Positions 51,971 to 63,545 of a stretch of 64,000 nt of DNA are shown one piece after another (positions within the stretch are counted from its first letter, which is position 1; every line of letters begins with the position of its first letter). The DNA comes from Escherichia coli. GTDB lineage: Bacteria; Pseudomonadota; Gammaproteobacteria; Enterobacterales; Enterobacteriaceae. The translations under genes and the position numbers were made by a program. The stretch is from NCBI RefSeq assembly GCF_044324875.1, contig NZ_CP172185.1; one strand, written 5' to 3'. Under the pieces are notes generated by a model. It was given only the letters and a program-made list of their open reading frames with translations, made no database searches and had not been told where the DNA came from.

Positions 51971-52076
51971 AAAAAAAACCCGGCATAGGGGACCGGGAAG
52001 AGGATAGTCTGCCGTCTCCAGACTAATAAACCGTTATAACACTCCCTGTTGGCACGGGAAACTTTGTGCTCTCAGT
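51971..52076 (-). ncRNA. gadY: GadY small RNA (antisense to the gadX 3' UTR)
   Basis: Minus-strand ACTGAGAGCACAAAGTTTCCCGTGCCAACAGGGAGTG...GGTCCCCTATGCCGGGTTTTTTTT matches remembered GadY, with terminator hairpin and U-run. Confidence 0.75.
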
Positions 52077-52322
52077 AAGTTAAATATAACTTTTACTGGA
52101 AATAAGATCAGCCATTTTTTTATAAACATAAGCTATACGCTGTGCGAAAATATATTCGTGCTGCATTTACTTATTATCAATTAACTGTTATGCAAAACTA
52201 CTTTGTGGATAAATTTTGGTCCTACCAAATCTGGCAGTTTTTGCGCTAAGAAACAGTCTGGCATCATTTCATTAGTATACTGAAATTGAAATAATCGCAG
52301 TAATGAAATATAAGGGATAGTC

Positions 52323-53051
52323 ATGACTCATGTCTGCTCGGTGATCCTCGTTCGTCGTTCATTCGATATTTATCATGAACAGCAAAAAATATCGTTGCAC
52401 AACGAGAGTATCCTGTTACTGGATAAAAATTTGGCAGACGATTTTACGTTTTGTTCACCGGATACGCGACGACTGGATATCGATGAGCTGACAGTTTGCC
52501 ATTACTTACAAAATATTCGTCAGATACCACGCAATTTAGGGTTACATAGCAAAGACCGTCTGTTAATTAACCAGTCACCCCCCATGCCGCTGGTGACGGC
52601 GATTTTTGATAGTTTCAATGACTCCGGGGTAAATTCGCCGATACTGAGCAAAATGCTCTATCTTTCCTGTTTATCGATGTTTTCTCATAAGAAAGAACTG
52701 ATCCCCTTACTTTTCAATAGTATCAGTACTGTTTCAGGAAAAGTTGAACGCCTTATTAGCTTTGATATCGCCAAACGTTGGTATCTGCGCGATATTGCGG
52801 AAAGAATGTATACCAGCGAGAGTCTAATCAAAAAAAAGTTGCAGGATGAAAATACCTGTTTCAGTAAAATATTACTCGCCTCCAGGATGTCGATGGCCAG
52901 ACGATTACTCGAGTTACGTCAAATTCCTCTGCATACTATTGCGGAAAAATGTGGCTATAGCAGTACATCGTACTTTATAAACACATTTCGACAATATTAT
53001 GGTGTAACGCCACATCAGTTTGCGCAACATTCGCCAGGTACCTTTTCCTGA
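52323..53051 (+). CDS. gadW: AraC-family acid resistance regulator GadW
   Basis: 242-aa ORF with C-terminal AraC helix-turn-helix. Confidence 0.9.
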   Translation: MTHVCSVILVRRSFDIYHEQQKISLHNESILLLDKNLADDFTFCSPDTRRLDIDELTVCHYLQNIRQIPRNLGLHSKDRLLINQSPPMPLVTAIFDSFNDSGVNSPILSKMLYLSCLSMFSHKKELIPLLFNSISTVSGKVERLISFDIAKRWYLRDIAERMYTSESLIKKKLQDENTCFSKILLASRMSMARRLLELRQIPLHTIAEKCGYSSTSYFINTFRQYYGVTPHQFAQHSPGTFS

Positions 53052-53413
53052 CATATTTTGCATTTGAATATTGGTCAGGATCTCACACCTGCTTCATGTG
53101 AAACTCTTCCCTGATGATTTCTGCCGGGCTACCGGCTAGTTCTCTTTCGCAGTTTGCCAGGCGGTATAGGTATTTTCAGGAGGAAAAGACTCGGCATGTT
53201 TGGGATTATTAAGCTGACAATTCATACGATTACGGGAATGTGGGTCAGTATTGTGTTGTTTAAATTGATGACGAATGGCTGGAGTGGTTTCTACTTTCAG
53301 TGCTGTGTACTAAGCCTGGTATTCCTGACGGTTAGCTGGTTGTTGAGTGGTGAATGGTTAGCAGGAAAGAGTAAGGCTGAACCCTCACGTTCAACCTTAC
53401 TCTCATTTACACG

Positions 53414-56400
53414 TTACGCTTTTTTAAAGCGGGCAAAGAGATGTTCCACTACAACGAAAAAGACCGGAACGAAGTAAATTGCCAGCACTGTTGCGGCAAA
53501 CATCCCGCCCATCACGCCGGTACCTACCGCGTTTTGCGCGCCAGAACCGGCACCATGACTGATAACCAGCGGCAGCACGCCGAGAATAAAGGCCAGAGAG
53601 GTCATCAGGATTGGGCGTAAACGCATTCGCGCCGCTTCGATGATCGCCTCTATCGGCGTTTTCCCTTCTTTCTGCATCATCTCAACGGCAAATTCGACAA
53701 TCAGGATGGCGTTTTTGGCGGAAAGCCCGATGGTGGTCAGCAAACCAACCTGGAAGTAGACGTCATTACTTAAGCCGCGTAGATCGGTGGCCAGTAATGC
53801 GCCAACGACGCCTAACGGTACAACCAACATCACCGAGAACGGAATTGACCAGCTCTCATAAAGTGCGGCGAGGGCGAGGAACACCACGACCAGTGAAATG
53901 GCATACAGCGCGGGAGCCTGGTTTGAGGATAACGCTTCCTGATACGACAGTCCGGTCCATGAGTAGCCGACGCCTGCCGGAAGTTTAGCGACCAGGTCTG
54001 CCATAAATTTCATGGCGTCACCGGTACTTTTCCCGGCCGCCGCTTCACCTAAAATCTCCATTGACGGGATGCCGTTGTAGCGTTCCAGTCGCGGTGAACC
54101 ATAGGTCCATTCGGTAGACGAATAGGCAGAAAGCGGTGCCATCGTGCCAGAGGCGTTGCGTACATACCACTGGTTGATGTTATCCGGCAACATACGGAAC
54201 GGCGTGCCTGCCTGGACATACACTTTTTTCACCCGCCCCTGGTTGAGGAAGTCGTTCACGTAGCTGCTGCCGAAGGCGGTGGAAATTGTCTGGTTGATAT
54301 CAGACAGCGCCACACCCATTGCCTCGGCTTTCGCGGCGTTGACGTTCACTTTGAACATCGGTGTATCTTCCAGGCCGTTCGGGCGTACCCCGGTGACTTG
54401 ATTCGGTGATTGCGCTGCCAGTGATAATAGCTCGTTTCGCGCCTGGGTCAGTTTTTCGTGTCCCAGGTTGCCGTTGTCCAGCAGTTCCATATCAAAACCT
54501 GACGCGGTACCCAGTTCAGCCACCGCGGGTAAGTTGAACGGGAAGACGACGGCTTTATTGATACTGCTTAACGCAATCATTGCCCGCTGAATGATCGCGG
54601 TAACCGAGTTTTCCTCACCGACACGTTCAGACCACGGTTTGAGGCTGATAAACGCCAGACCGTTGTTTTGCCCCTGGCCGCTGAAGCCAAAGCCGCCAAC
54701 GGTAAACACCGACTGAACATTATCTTTCTCTTTAGTCAGATAATAATCCGTCACCTGTTGCAGCACTTTCGTGGTGTTAACCATGGTGGCACCGGAAGGT
54801 AACTGCGCGGTGGTCATAAATACCCCCTGATCCTCTTCTGGTAAGAAAGAGGTCGGCGTGCGCAGGAACAGCACCGCCATCCCGGCGCAAATCAGCAGGT
54901 AGACCACCATGTAGCGACCGGTACAACGCAACAGCGAGCGGGTGCTGTCGGTATAGTGCTGAGTTGATTTTTCAAACAGTGTGTTGAAGCGTGCGAACAG
55001 GGCGTTAGGTTTGTGACCACCTTCCGGCGCGGCTTTCAGAATGGTGGCGCACAGGGCAGGGGTCAGGCTCATTGCCACAAATACTGAAAGCAGCATGGAG
55101 GAGATCAGCGTGATGGAGAACTGGCGGTAGATCTCCCCGGTTGCACCGCTCATAAAGGCCATCGGCATAAACACTGCGGAAAGAACAACGGCAATCCCGA
55201 CCAGCGCACGTTGGATCTGCCCCATCGATTTATGCGTCGCTTCCTTCGGCGGTAGCTTATCTTCTGCAATGACACGCTCGACGTTCTCCACCACCACGAT
55301 GGCGTCATCCACCAGTAACCCTATCGCCAGCACCATCCCGAACATAGTTAACGTGTTGATGGTGAAACCGACCGCCGACAAGATCGCAAACGTCCCGAGA
55401 ATAACCACCGGTACGGCAATCGTCGGGATGATTGTGGCACGGAAATTCTGCAAAAACAGATACATGACCAGGAAGACGAGGATGATAGCCTCAACCAGTG
55501 TTTTAAAAACTTCCTGAATAGAAATTTCGATAAACGGCGTGGTGTCGTAAGGATAAACCGTCTTCAGACTTGCGGGGAAATAGGCTGATAAGCGGTTCAG
55601 CTCCTCTTTGACTGCCCGTGAGGTATCCAGGGCGTTTGCTCCGGTAGCCAGTTTGATGGCGATCCCGGCAGCAGGTTTGCCGTTATAGCGCGCCACGGTG
55701 GAATAATCTTCCGCTCCAAGTTCGACGCGGGCGACATCACGCAGCAGCACTTGCGAACCATCTTGCTGAACTTTCAACAGGATTTTGCCAAATTCTTCCG
55801 GCGTTTGCAGACGCGTCTGCACAATGATCGAGGCGTTTAGTTGCTGGTCTGCCGCCTGTGGCATGCCACCCAGTTGACCACCGGAAATCTGGTTGTTTTG
55901 CACCTTAATCTGGGAAATAACATCGGAAGGTACCAGATTGTATTTATTGAGTTTTTGCGGGTCCAGCCAGATACGCATGGCGTACTCGGAACCAAAGAGC
56001 TGTACGCTACCAACGCCCGCGGTACGGCTTAGCGGGTCTTTGATATTAGACGCTACATAGTCCGCGATATCGTACTGGTTGAGGCTGCCGTTATCAGAAA
56101 TAAACGCCGCTACCATCAGGATATTACTGCTCGACTTATCGACGCTAATCCCCTGCTGCTGCACCGCTTCAGGTAATGAAGGCATAGCGAGTTGCAGTTT
56201 ATTTTGCACCTGAACCTGTGCGATATCAGGCGATGTCCCAGTCTCGAAGGTCAGAGTAATAGAGGCATTACCCGCCGCATCACTGGTTGAAGACATGTAC
56301 ATCAGGCCATCAAGCCCATTCATATTTTGCTCAATCACCTGAGTGACCGAGTCTTCTACCGTTTGCGCATCGGCACCTGGATAGGTAGCGCTGATGGTAA

Positions 56401-56527
56401 TGGTCGGTGGCGCAATCTGCGGATACTGCGCAACCGGTAAGTTCATGATTGCCAGACCGCCTGCAAGCATCATAATAATGGCAAGTACCCAGGCAAAAAC
56501 CGGGCGATCAATAAAATAGTTAGCCAT
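53414..56527 (-). CDS. mdtF: RND multidrug efflux pump MdtF
   Basis: 1037-aa AcrB-like ORF. Confidence 0.95.
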   Translation of the reverse strand: MANYFIDRPVFAWVLAIIMMLAGGLAIMNLPVAQYPQIAPPTITISATYPGADAQTVEDSVTQVIEQNMNGLDGLMYMSSTSDAAGNASITLTFETGTSPDIAQVQVQNKLQLAMPSLPEAVQQQGISVDKSSSNILMVAAFISDNGSLNQYDIADYVASNIKDPLSRTAGVGSVQLFGSEYAMRIWLDPQKLNKYNLVPSDVISQIKVQNNQISGGQLGGMPQAADQQLNASIIVQTRLQTPEEFGKILLKVQQDGSQVLLRDVARVELGAEDYSTVARYNGKPAAGIAIKLATGANALDTSRAVKEELNRLSAYFPASLKTVYPYDTTPFIEISIQEVFKTLVEAIILVFLVMYLFLQNFRATIIPTIAVPVVILGTFAILSAVGFTINTLTMFGMVLAIGLLVDDAIVVVENVERVIAEDKLPPKEATHKSMGQIQRALVGIAVVLSAVFMPMAFMSGATGEIYRQFSITLISSMLLSVFVAMSLTPALCATILKAAPEGGHKPNALFARFNTLFEKSTQHYTDSTRSLLRCTGRYMVVYLLICAGMAVLFLRTPTSFLPEEDQGVFMTTAQLPSGATMVNTTKVLQQVTDYYLTKEKDNVQSVFTVGGFGFSGQGQNNGLAFISLKPWSERVGEENSVTAIIQRAMIALSSINKAVVFPFNLPAVAELGTASGFDMELLDNGNLGHEKLTQARNELLSLAAQSPNQVTGVRPNGLEDTPMFKVNVNAAKAEAMGVALSDINQTISTAFGSSYVNDFLNQGRVKKVYVQAGTPFRMLPDNINQWYVRNASGTMAPLSAYSSTEWTYGSPRLERYNGIPSMEILGEAAAGKSTGDAMKFMADLVAKLPAGVGYSWTGLSYQEALSSNQAPALYAISLVVVFLALAALYESWSIPFSVMLVVPLGVVGALLATDLRGLSNDVYFQVGLLTTIGLSAKNAILIVEFAVEMMQKEGKTPIEAIIEAARMRLRPILMTSLAFILGVLPLVISHGAGSGAQNAVGTGVMGGMFAATVLAIYFVPVFFVVVEHLFARFKKA

Positions 56528-56551
56528 GAAAGTCCCCTTAAGCCTGCAACG

Positions 56552-57709
56552 TTATTGTTTCGATTCGGTGCTGGCGTTTTCCTGGCTGGAGGAAATTGCT
56601 CGTGCTTTGATACCCGGACGAATGCGTTGCAAACCGGAAACGATCACCCGATCGCCAGCCTGTAAGCCAGAGGTGACGACCCACTGGTCGCCGATGGCTT
56701 TGCTGGCTTCAATTTCACGTAGCTGCACGACATCGTCTTTATCCAGAATGAGCGCCGTTGCTTTACCCTGGGCGTTGTGGGTGACGCCTTCCTGCGGCAC
56801 CAGTAATACATTCTGGCGGCTACCTTCATCCACTAATGCCGTGACATACATGCCAGGCAGCAAGTCACCATTTGGGTTGGGGAAAATCGCCCGTAACGTC
56901 ACGGAGCCCGTGGTTTCATCCACCGTCGGGTCGGAGAATTTCAGCGTGCCGGTCTGGCTGTAACGTTTACCATTTTCCAGATTGAGCTGTACTGGCGTAC
57001 TGCCCTGAACCTGTTTGATTTGCCCACTGGCGACCTCTTCTTTCATACGCAAGAAATCCTGCACCGACTGCGTGAGATCGACATAAATCGGGTCCAGACG
57101 TTGTACGGTAACCAGCGAATCTGCCTGATTAGCGGTAACGAGTGCGCCGACGGTCACCGACGATTTCCCGCTGACGCCCGTAATCGGCGAGGTGACATTT
57201 GCGTATTGCAGGTTGATAGTCGCCTGTTCAACAGCCGCTTTGGCGACGGTGACATTGGCTTCTGCTTCATTCAACTGGGTGCGCGCGGTGTCGTAATCCT
57301 GACGGCTAACGTAGTTGGTCTTCAGCAACGATGCCTGGCGGTTAAAGGTGATGCGGGCATTGCTGGCGGTAGAGAGCGCTTTCGCCAGCGTGCCTTTGGC
57401 GGAGTTCAGCTCGGCCTGTAAAGGTGCAGGGTCAATCTGGTAAAGCGAATCGCCCTGGTTCACTTTATCGCCTTCGATAAAGTTGCGTTTAATGATAATA
57501 CCGCCCACCTGGGGACGTATCTCGGCAACTTCATAAGGAACGGTTCTACCGGGCAATTCGCTCAACACATTGACCGAACCGGGGGAGAGTGTGACGACAC
57601 CGACCTCAGGCGTCATGGCTGCGGCGTTTTCCGCCGATTTGTCATCGCAGGCGGTGAGCATCGCGCCGCAGAATAACAACGGTATTAACAGCTTTCTTCT
57701 TCTGTTCAT
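56552..57709 (-). CDS. mdtE: RND efflux membrane fusion protein MdtE
   Basis: 385-aa lipoprotein-type membrane fusion protein ORF upstream of mdtF. Confidence 0.95.
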   Translation of the reverse strand: MNRRRKLLIPLLFCGAMLTACDDKSAENAAAMTPEVGVVTLSPGSVNVLSELPGRTVPYEVAEIRPQVGGIIIKRNFIEGDKVNQGDSLYQIDPAPLQAELNSAKGTLAKALSTASNARITFNRQASLLKTNYVSRQDYDTARTQLNEAEANVTVAKAAVEQATINLQYANVTSPITGVSGKSSVTVGALVTANQADSLVTVQRLDPIYVDLTQSVQDFLRMKEEVASGQIKQVQGSTPVQLNLENGKRYSQTGTLKFSDPTVDETTGSVTLRAIFPNPNGDLLPGMYVTALVDEGSRQNVLLVPQEGVTHNAQGKATALILDKDDVVQLREIEASKAIGDQWVVTSGLQAGDRVIVSGLQRIRPGIKARAISSSQENASTESKQ

Positions 57710-58047
57710 TTTAGTCCCTGAAAATTCTTGAGAAATAACGGTTCTTTAAATTGCGCGCGAGGAGAGATATGAGGGATTTACAGACCAGCGGCATAGTGGG
57801 GTTGTCAGCCAGTAAGGTGGGATACAGGCATAGTGATCGACATGGTGAGGTCAACGACAAAAAAAATGTTGCCGTTCTGCCAACAGTTCCTGCCAGCATT
57901 CGGGCAACGAAGGGTTCTACTGGTGGATACATATACCAGGGGAATAAAGTCGTTTTCGCCTCTCCTTTAGTAATCACCGGGGGTAATGAAATCAGCATCT
58001 GCATCCCTCGTCATGCCAGCCATCAATTTCAGTTGCTTATGTCCTGA

Positions 58048-58575
58048 CTAAAAATAAGATGTGATACCCAGGGTGACGATGTCGCTCATACGTCTTAGTT
58101 TCAGCTTGTACATAATGTTGAATTTCTGAATCTTTAATGTTTGTTGCGAAATATTGAGCGTCGACGTGATATTGCTTTCATTTTTATTTTTCAGAATCAG
58201 TTGCATAATTTTGAACTGATTATGTGAAAAACATAATTGTGAATTCTTATGGGGCAAGTGTTTACCATAAGTAATCTCAAGAAGATTTTTGATACTTTCT
58301 TTGCGGCTAACAAAATAAATAGGCGCTTTAGCTTTTAGTTTACTGATGTGATAAGGTGCCAAAACAATAATTCTCTCGGCATCTAATTTCTCCAGAAATT
58401 TAATCGCTTCTTCATCAAGGATATGATTGTGATAGGTATCAATGATAACCTTGAAGGGTTTATTGCCTACTTTTTTGATCTCTGACAGGGAATTGATTTT
58501 TATCATTTCGTGATTATCTTTCAACTGCCAAAAGCCCTGTAAAAGAAAAGAATCTTTCGTCATGAGAAAAATCAT
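58048..58575 (-). CDS. gadE: LuxR-family acid resistance activator GadE
   Basis: MIFLMTKDSFLLQGFWQLKDNHEM...; 175 aa from an internal Met of the track ORF. Confidence 0.9.
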   Translation of the reverse strand: MIFLMTKDSFLLQGFWQLKDNHEMIKINSLSEIKKVGNKPFKVIIDTYHNHILDEEAIKFLEKLDAERIIVLAPYHISKLKAKAPIYFVSRKESIKNLLEITYGKHLPHKNSQLCFSHNQFKIMQLILKNKNESNITSTLNISQQTLKIQKFNIMYKLKLRRMSDIVTLGITSYF

Positions 58576-59373
58576 AACTTGCTCCTTAGCCGTTATCGTT
58601 TCGAACATGTCATCCTTTTCATTATTTACATCCTTGTCCGAATCGTTGTTCAATATAGTAAACGCCTATAAGAACTTTGCCCTTCGTGAACTAATACGTC
58701 TATTAACACTAATCAATACTTCAGATTTATCCATCACGCACTCCATATATTGATCCTAAGTAAGATTCCTGGTTGTTATCAATTTGTAAATGGTAAACAA
58801 AAAGTTAACGTTTGCGGATTACTGCCCAAGAATAAGTTATCAATAACCAGTTTGTGATCTCTGAAGAATATTACTAAAGTTAAAATGTAATCCGATTTAA
58901 ATATCGAGTCTCCTTGTTTCGACTTAAGCTGGCAATTGGATTGCCAGCTTTCTTTTAACGCATTGAAATTACCTGAGTAAATAACGCATTCATGTCTTCA
59001 GGTTTTTATATAGCGTCTGGAGACACGGATATTTATGCAATGTAATCAACGCCTGTTGCAAAAAAATGAACCCGGATTACTTATTTAACCGCCCATAGCA
59101 TCAACGCTTACGGAACTCTTTGTTCACTTTCCCACAGCACTTTTAAAACATTAAACCTGACTACGGAAAATATCAGCCATGATAATGTTTGAAATGGCTA
59201 ATTTGCCATGGAATGAAAAAAATTAGATGAAATTCAGTAGGTTGAAATAATCATCAGCAGGTAATTATTTCAATGATAGTGCGCAATTGATCTACAACGC
59301 TGTGTAGCGGAGAGAGTATTAATCGGATCATAGTCACATCAAGTGACTATGATCCGGGTGACAACAGGAATAA

Positions 59374-59946
59374 TTATTGCTGCTTAACGAACAAACTGGC
59401 GAAGCTGAACAGGCTGGCGGCGCTAAATATCAGTTCAATACCCACCAGTGTGGAAACCAAAGTTACAGACACCATCGGCGTTGCACCAAGGAATATCCAT
59501 GCAATGACGATATCCAGCACACCAATAACGAGCTGTAGCCAGCTGCCTTTCATTGAACGCTGACGATACCAACTCATCAGGCGAATAACCCCTGCAACAC
59601 AGAACAAACCGGCAATAAATGCCGCAATGGCAAAAATGCCCAGCTCCGGTGCGCGGATGAAGAAATAGCCGATCAATAAATAGGCGACTGCGACGAGGAA
59701 ACCGGATAATACCGGCCAGAAATTATGACTGCGGTTGCTGAATAATCCAACAATAAGCGCAACGCCCGAGCAGATTAATAATGCACCCACTACCGTGCTT
59801 AAAATATCGCCAGAGACGAACGGGAAACTGATACACAGCAACCCGACGATAAACAGTAGCACGGCAATAAACTGGATTGCTCTGCGATGCTTTTTCAGCA
59901 TCTCCAGATCAAACTTCAAAATTGTTGCCTTATCTATATATAACAT
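59374..59946 (-). CDS. hdeD: acid-resistance membrane protein HdeD
   Basis: 190-aa multi-TM ORF divergent from hdeA. Confidence 0.9.
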   Translation of the reverse strand: MLYIDKATILKFDLEMLKKHRRAIQFIAVLLFIVGLLCISFPFVSGDILSTVVGALLICSGVALIVGLFSNRSHNFWPVLSGFLVAVAYLLIGYFFIRAPELGIFAIAAFIAGLFCVAGVIRLMSWYRQRSMKGSWLQLVIGVLDIVIAWIFLGATPMVSVTLVSTLVGIELIFSAASLFSFASLFVKQQ

Positions 59947-60200
59947 AGAACCACCCTATAAAATTAAGAAGAAAATCCCCTGCTATCAATCTATGCCAAA
60001 AACGCGTCTAAGAATGCAGTCGATTTAATAAAAATTTCCTAATTACAGTATCTGATGCATCTGTAACTCATTGTATTGAAATAAAAATATCTGATTTTGA
60101 TATTTTCCATCAACATGACATATACAGAAAACCAGGTTATAACCTCAGTGTCGAAATTGATTCGTGACGGCTCTTTCACTTTATAGTTGAGGATATTACG

Positions 60201-60533
60201 ATGAAAAAAGTATTAGGCGTTATTCTTGGTGGTCTGCTTCTTCTGCCAGTTGTGAGCAATGCAGCGGATGCGCAAAAAGCAGCTGATAACAAAAAACCGG
60301 TCAACTCCTGGACCTGTGAAGATTTCCTGGCTGTGGACGAATCCTTCCAGCCAACTGCAGTTGGTTTTGCTGAAGCGCTGAACAACAAAGATAAACCAGA
60401 AGATGCGGTTTTAGATGTTCAGGGTATTGCAACCGTAACCCCAGCTATCGTTCAGGCTTGTACTCAGGATAAACAAGCCAACTTTAAAGATAAAGTTAAA
60501 GGCGAATGGGACAAAATTAAGAAAGATATGTAA
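60201..60533 (+). CDS. hdeA: periplasmic acid-stress chaperone HdeA
   Basis: 110-aa ORF with signal peptide, MKKVLGVILGGLLLLPVVSNAADAQKAADNKKPVNSWTCEDF... Confidence 0.95.
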   Translation: MKKVLGVILGGLLLLPVVSNAADAQKAADNKKPVNSWTCEDFLAVDESFQPTAVGFAEALNNKDKPEDAVLDVQGIATVTPAIVQACTQDKQANFKDKVKGEWDKIKKDM

Positions 60534-60648
60534 TTCCGGGAATGCGTTACATCGTACTTCCTTGCATATTGAACAGGCCGGAATATCTTCTTTAAAAGCA
60601 GCTATTCCTCCTGTTTGTATATAATCTCTATATTGAATGGGTTACAAA

Positions 60649-60975
60649 ATGAACATTTCATCTCTCCGTAAAGCGTTTATTTTTATGGGCGCTGTAGCGG
60701 CTTTGTCACTGGTGAACGCACAATCTGCGCTGGCAGCCAATGAATCCGCTAAAGATATGACCTGCCAGGAATTTATTGATCTGAATCCAAAAGCAATGAC
60801 ACCGGTTGCATGGTGGATGCTGCATGAAGAGACAGTATATAAAGGTGGCGATACCGTTACTTTAAATGAAACCGATCTCACTCAAATTCCTAAAGTGATC
60901 GAATACTGCAAGAAAAACCCGCAGAAAAATTTGTATACCTTCAAAAATCAAGCATCTAATGACTTGCCGAATTAA
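60649..60975 (+). CDS. hdeB: periplasmic acid-stress chaperone HdeB
   Basis: MNISSLRKAFIFMGAVAALSLVNAQSALA... signal peptide. Confidence 0.9.
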   Translation: MNISSLRKAFIFMGAVAALSLVNAQSALAANESAKDMTCQEFIDLNPKAMTPVAWWMLHEETVYKGGDTVTLNETDLTQIPKVIEYCKKNPQKNLYTFKNQASNDLPN

Positions 60976-61038
60976 TGAGGTACAAGTAAAAAGGAGTAGC
61001 AAGTTGAGCCATCTTGCTGCTCCTTTTTGCTTTTTTAT

Positions 61039-61686
61039 ATGACAGCAGAATTTATTATACGTCTTATACTCGCAGCAATTGCCTGTGGCGCTATTGGCAT
61101 GGAAAGGCAAATGCGCGGCAAAGGAGCAGGGTTACGCACACATGTATTAATTGGCATGGGAAGCGCCCTGTTTATGATTGTTTCGAAATATGGTTTTGCT
61201 GACGTGCTGTCTTTAAATCACGTCGGACTGGACCCCAGCCGTATTGCAGCTCAGGTGGTGACGGGCGTCGGGTTTATCGGCGCAGGTAACATTCTCGTTC
61301 GTAACCAAAATATTGTAGGTCTGACGACAGCAGCGGATATCTGGGTGACCGCCGCCATTGGTATGGTTATTGGTAGCGGTATGTACGAACTGGGCATTTA
61401 TGGTTCAGTGATGACCTTGCTGGTGCTGGAAGTCTTCCATCAATTAACCTTCCGCCTGATGAACAAAAATTACCATTTACAGCTGACATTAGTGAACGGT
61501 AATACGGTATCAATGCTCGACTGGTTTAAGCAGCAAAAAATAAAAACGGATTTAGTTTCGTTGCAGGAAAGTGAAGATCATGAAGTGGTCGCCATTGATA
61601 TCCAGCTTCATGCCACAACGTCGATAGAAGATCTGTTGCGATTATTAAAAGGTATGGCAGGGGTGAAAGGCGTTTCAATTAGCTAA
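61039..61686 (+). CDS. yhiD: MgtC-family inner membrane protein YhiD
   Basis: MTAEFIIRLILAAIACGAIGMERQ... MgtC/SapB signature. Confidence 0.9.
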   Translation: MTAEFIIRLILAAIACGAIGMERQMRGKGAGLRTHVLIGMGSALFMIVSKYGFADVLSLNHVGLDPSRIAAQVVTGVGFIGAGNILVRNQNIVGLTTAADIWVTAAIGMVIGSGMYELGIYGSVMTLLVLEVFHQLTFRLMNKNYHLQLTLVNGNTVSMLDWFKQQKIKTDLVSLQESEDHEVVAIDIQLHATTSIEDLLRLLKGMAGVKGVSIS

Positions 61687-61706
61687 TCTTTATAGTTATT
61701 TATTCA

Positions 61707-61732
61707 CAGGAGTACCAGAGCGGTACTCCTGT
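61707..61732. terminator. bidirectional hairpin between convergent yhiD and chuV
   Basis: CAGGAGTACC-AGAGC-GGTACTCCTG palindrome. Confidence 0.6.
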
Positions 61733-61737
61733 TGGTT

Positions 61738-62508
61738 TTAATGATCGAGGACGATCAGTGGTGAATGGTTGGCAGGATCTTTAAGTACGGTAATATCCGC
61801 GCCGTAGAGCATTGTCAGCGCCTGCTGTGTCAATACGTCCTGCGGTTTACCATTTGCGATAACCTTTCCTTTTTGCATTAATACAATACGGTCTGCATAA
61901 CGCGCGGCAAGATTTAGATCGTGCAATACGCAGCAAACATTGAACTGCCGTTCGTGAACTAACTGGCGTAATAAACGGAACAAGTGCTGCTGATGGTGAA
62001 TATCCAGCGCCGAAGTTGGTTCATCAAGAAATAACCATTTCGGTGAGGGAGTAGGTTCCCAGAGTTGCACCAGCAGGCGCGCTAATTGTACGCGCTGTTG
62101 TTCACCACCGGATAATTGCCGATAGTCGCGGTTTGCTAACGCCTGACAGTCACATAACGCCATTATTTGTGCTGTTTCATTATCCTGATTACCAGTACGA
62201 TGCGGATGCCGACCCATCTGGATAACTTCTTGTACGCTGAATGGAAACGCCATGTGGCTATTTTGACGCATCACGGCCCGGTGTTTCGCCAGTTCAGTAA
62301 TCGACCATTCATTTAATGGCTTATTAAACAACCGACATTCGCCGCTATCAGGTTGAAGATAGCCGGTTAACTGGCGAAGCAGCGTAGATTTTCCCGCACC
62401 ATTAGGGCCGAGAATGGCAACAATTTCCCCACCGGGAAAAGTCAGCGAGACATTGTCAGTCAGACGCCGCCCCTGAAGGCTATAAACCAGATTCTGGGCG
62501 CTGATCAT
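61738..62508 (-). CDS. chuV: haemin ABC transporter ATP-binding protein ChuV/HmuV
   Basis: Walker [10 protein letters not shown], signature [13 protein letters not shown]; start taken at MISAQNL..., overlapping the chuU stop. Confidence 0.85.
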   Translation of the reverse strand: MISAQNLVYSLQGRRLTDNVSLTFPGGEIVAILGPNGAGKSTLLRQLTGYLQPDSGECRLFNKPLNEWSITELAKHRAVMRQNSHMAFPFSVQEVIQMGRHPHRTGNQDNETAQIMALCDCQALANRDYRQLSGGEQQRVQLARLLVQLWEPTPSPKWLFLDEPTSALDIHHQQHLFRLLRQLVHERQFNVCCVLHDLNLAARYADRIVLMQKGKVIANGKPQDVLTQQALTMLYGADITVLKDPANHSPLIVLDH

Positions 62509-63497
62509 GTGATCCTCCGGTTGCGCAGAATCAACCACATAAAATAAGGACCGCCAAGCAGGCTGGTTAATAATCCCACGGGCATTTCTGCTGGCTGTAC
62601 CAGCGTGCGGGCAAGCGTGTCTGCCATCAGCAATAAACAGGCTCCGGCGAGGGCGGAGCAAGGGATTAGCCAGCGGTGATTTGCCCCGGTAGTCATACGA
62701 ATCAGATGCGGGATCACCAGGCCAATAAAGCCGATAATGCCGCTTACCGATACGGCGGCACCAACGAGCAGTGAGCTCACTAACAGTAATTGCTGGCGTT
62801 TACGCTTAACGTTCACGCCGAGGTAGTGGGCTTCTTCATCACCGAGCTGCAGTAAATTCAGCGTTCCGGCGAGACAAGTTGTTGCGATAATGGCCGGTAG
62901 GATGAATGAACTGGCAACCAATAACGTCGGCCATTGCGCCTGTCCAAGATTGCCCATCATCCACAATGTGAGTTGTCGTAGCTGCTGCTCATCGCCGATA
63001 TAGCTCAGGATGCCGATCGCTGCGCCGCACAGGGCATTGATGGCGATACCGGCGAGTAATAATTGCATCATGCTGCCATCGCGATGGCGCTGCGTGATGA
63101 GAAAAATGATGGTGCAGACCACTAAACTTCCGGCAATGGCAAACACCATTTGCTCATAGAGCACCAGCACCACTGGGAAGGAGAAGGGCAGCACAATAGC
63201 AACGCCAACCATTAATGCAGAACCGCTACTGACGCCGAGTAATCCAGGGTCAGCCATTGGGTTGCGAAAAAGCCCCTGCATAATTACCCCTGCGGTTGCC
63301 AACGCTGCACCTACCAGCACCGCCAGCAAAACCCGTGGTAGACGAATATTGAGCCAGATATCGCGGTATTCCTCATCAAAAAGGGCATCAAAACTGATCT
63401 TTAACGCTCCCTGACTGGCACCGAACAGCACCAGAGCGAGCAATAATAGTGATAGCCCCATAAAGACCCTGGCGGAAGAGAGTGAATCCTTGAGCAC
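62505..63497 (-). CDS. chuU: haemin ABC transporter permease ChuU/HmuU (FecCD family)
   Basis: 330-aa multi-TM FecCD-type permease ORF. Confidence 0.85.
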   Translation of the reverse strand: MLKDSLSSARVFMGLSLLLLALVLFGASQGALKISFDALFDEEYRDIWLNIRLPRVLLAVLVGAALATAGVIMQGLFRNPMADPGLLGVSSGSALMVGVAIVLPFSFPVVLVLYEQMVFAIAGSLVVCTIIFLITQRHRDGSMMQLLLAGIAINALCGAAIGILSYIGDEQQLRQLTLWMMGNLGQAQWPTLLVASSFILPAIIATTCLAGTLNLLQLGDEEAHYLGVNVKRKRQQLLLVSSLLVGAAVSVSGIIGFIGLVIPHLIRMTTGANHRWLIPCSALAGACLLLMADTLARTLVQPAEMPVGLLTSLLGGPYFMWLILRNRRIT

Positions 63498-63545
63498 GCA
63501 AAACTCCGTTACGACATTACGGCGCGGAGATTCCGCGTCGGGGGA

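Noticed and set aside
57751-58047. 98-aa plus-strand ORF in the mdtE-gadE intergenic region
   Set aside because: No ribosome binding site or recognisable domain; it overlaps the mdtE promoter/leader region, and the minus-strand ORF of similar size there is equally unsupported.
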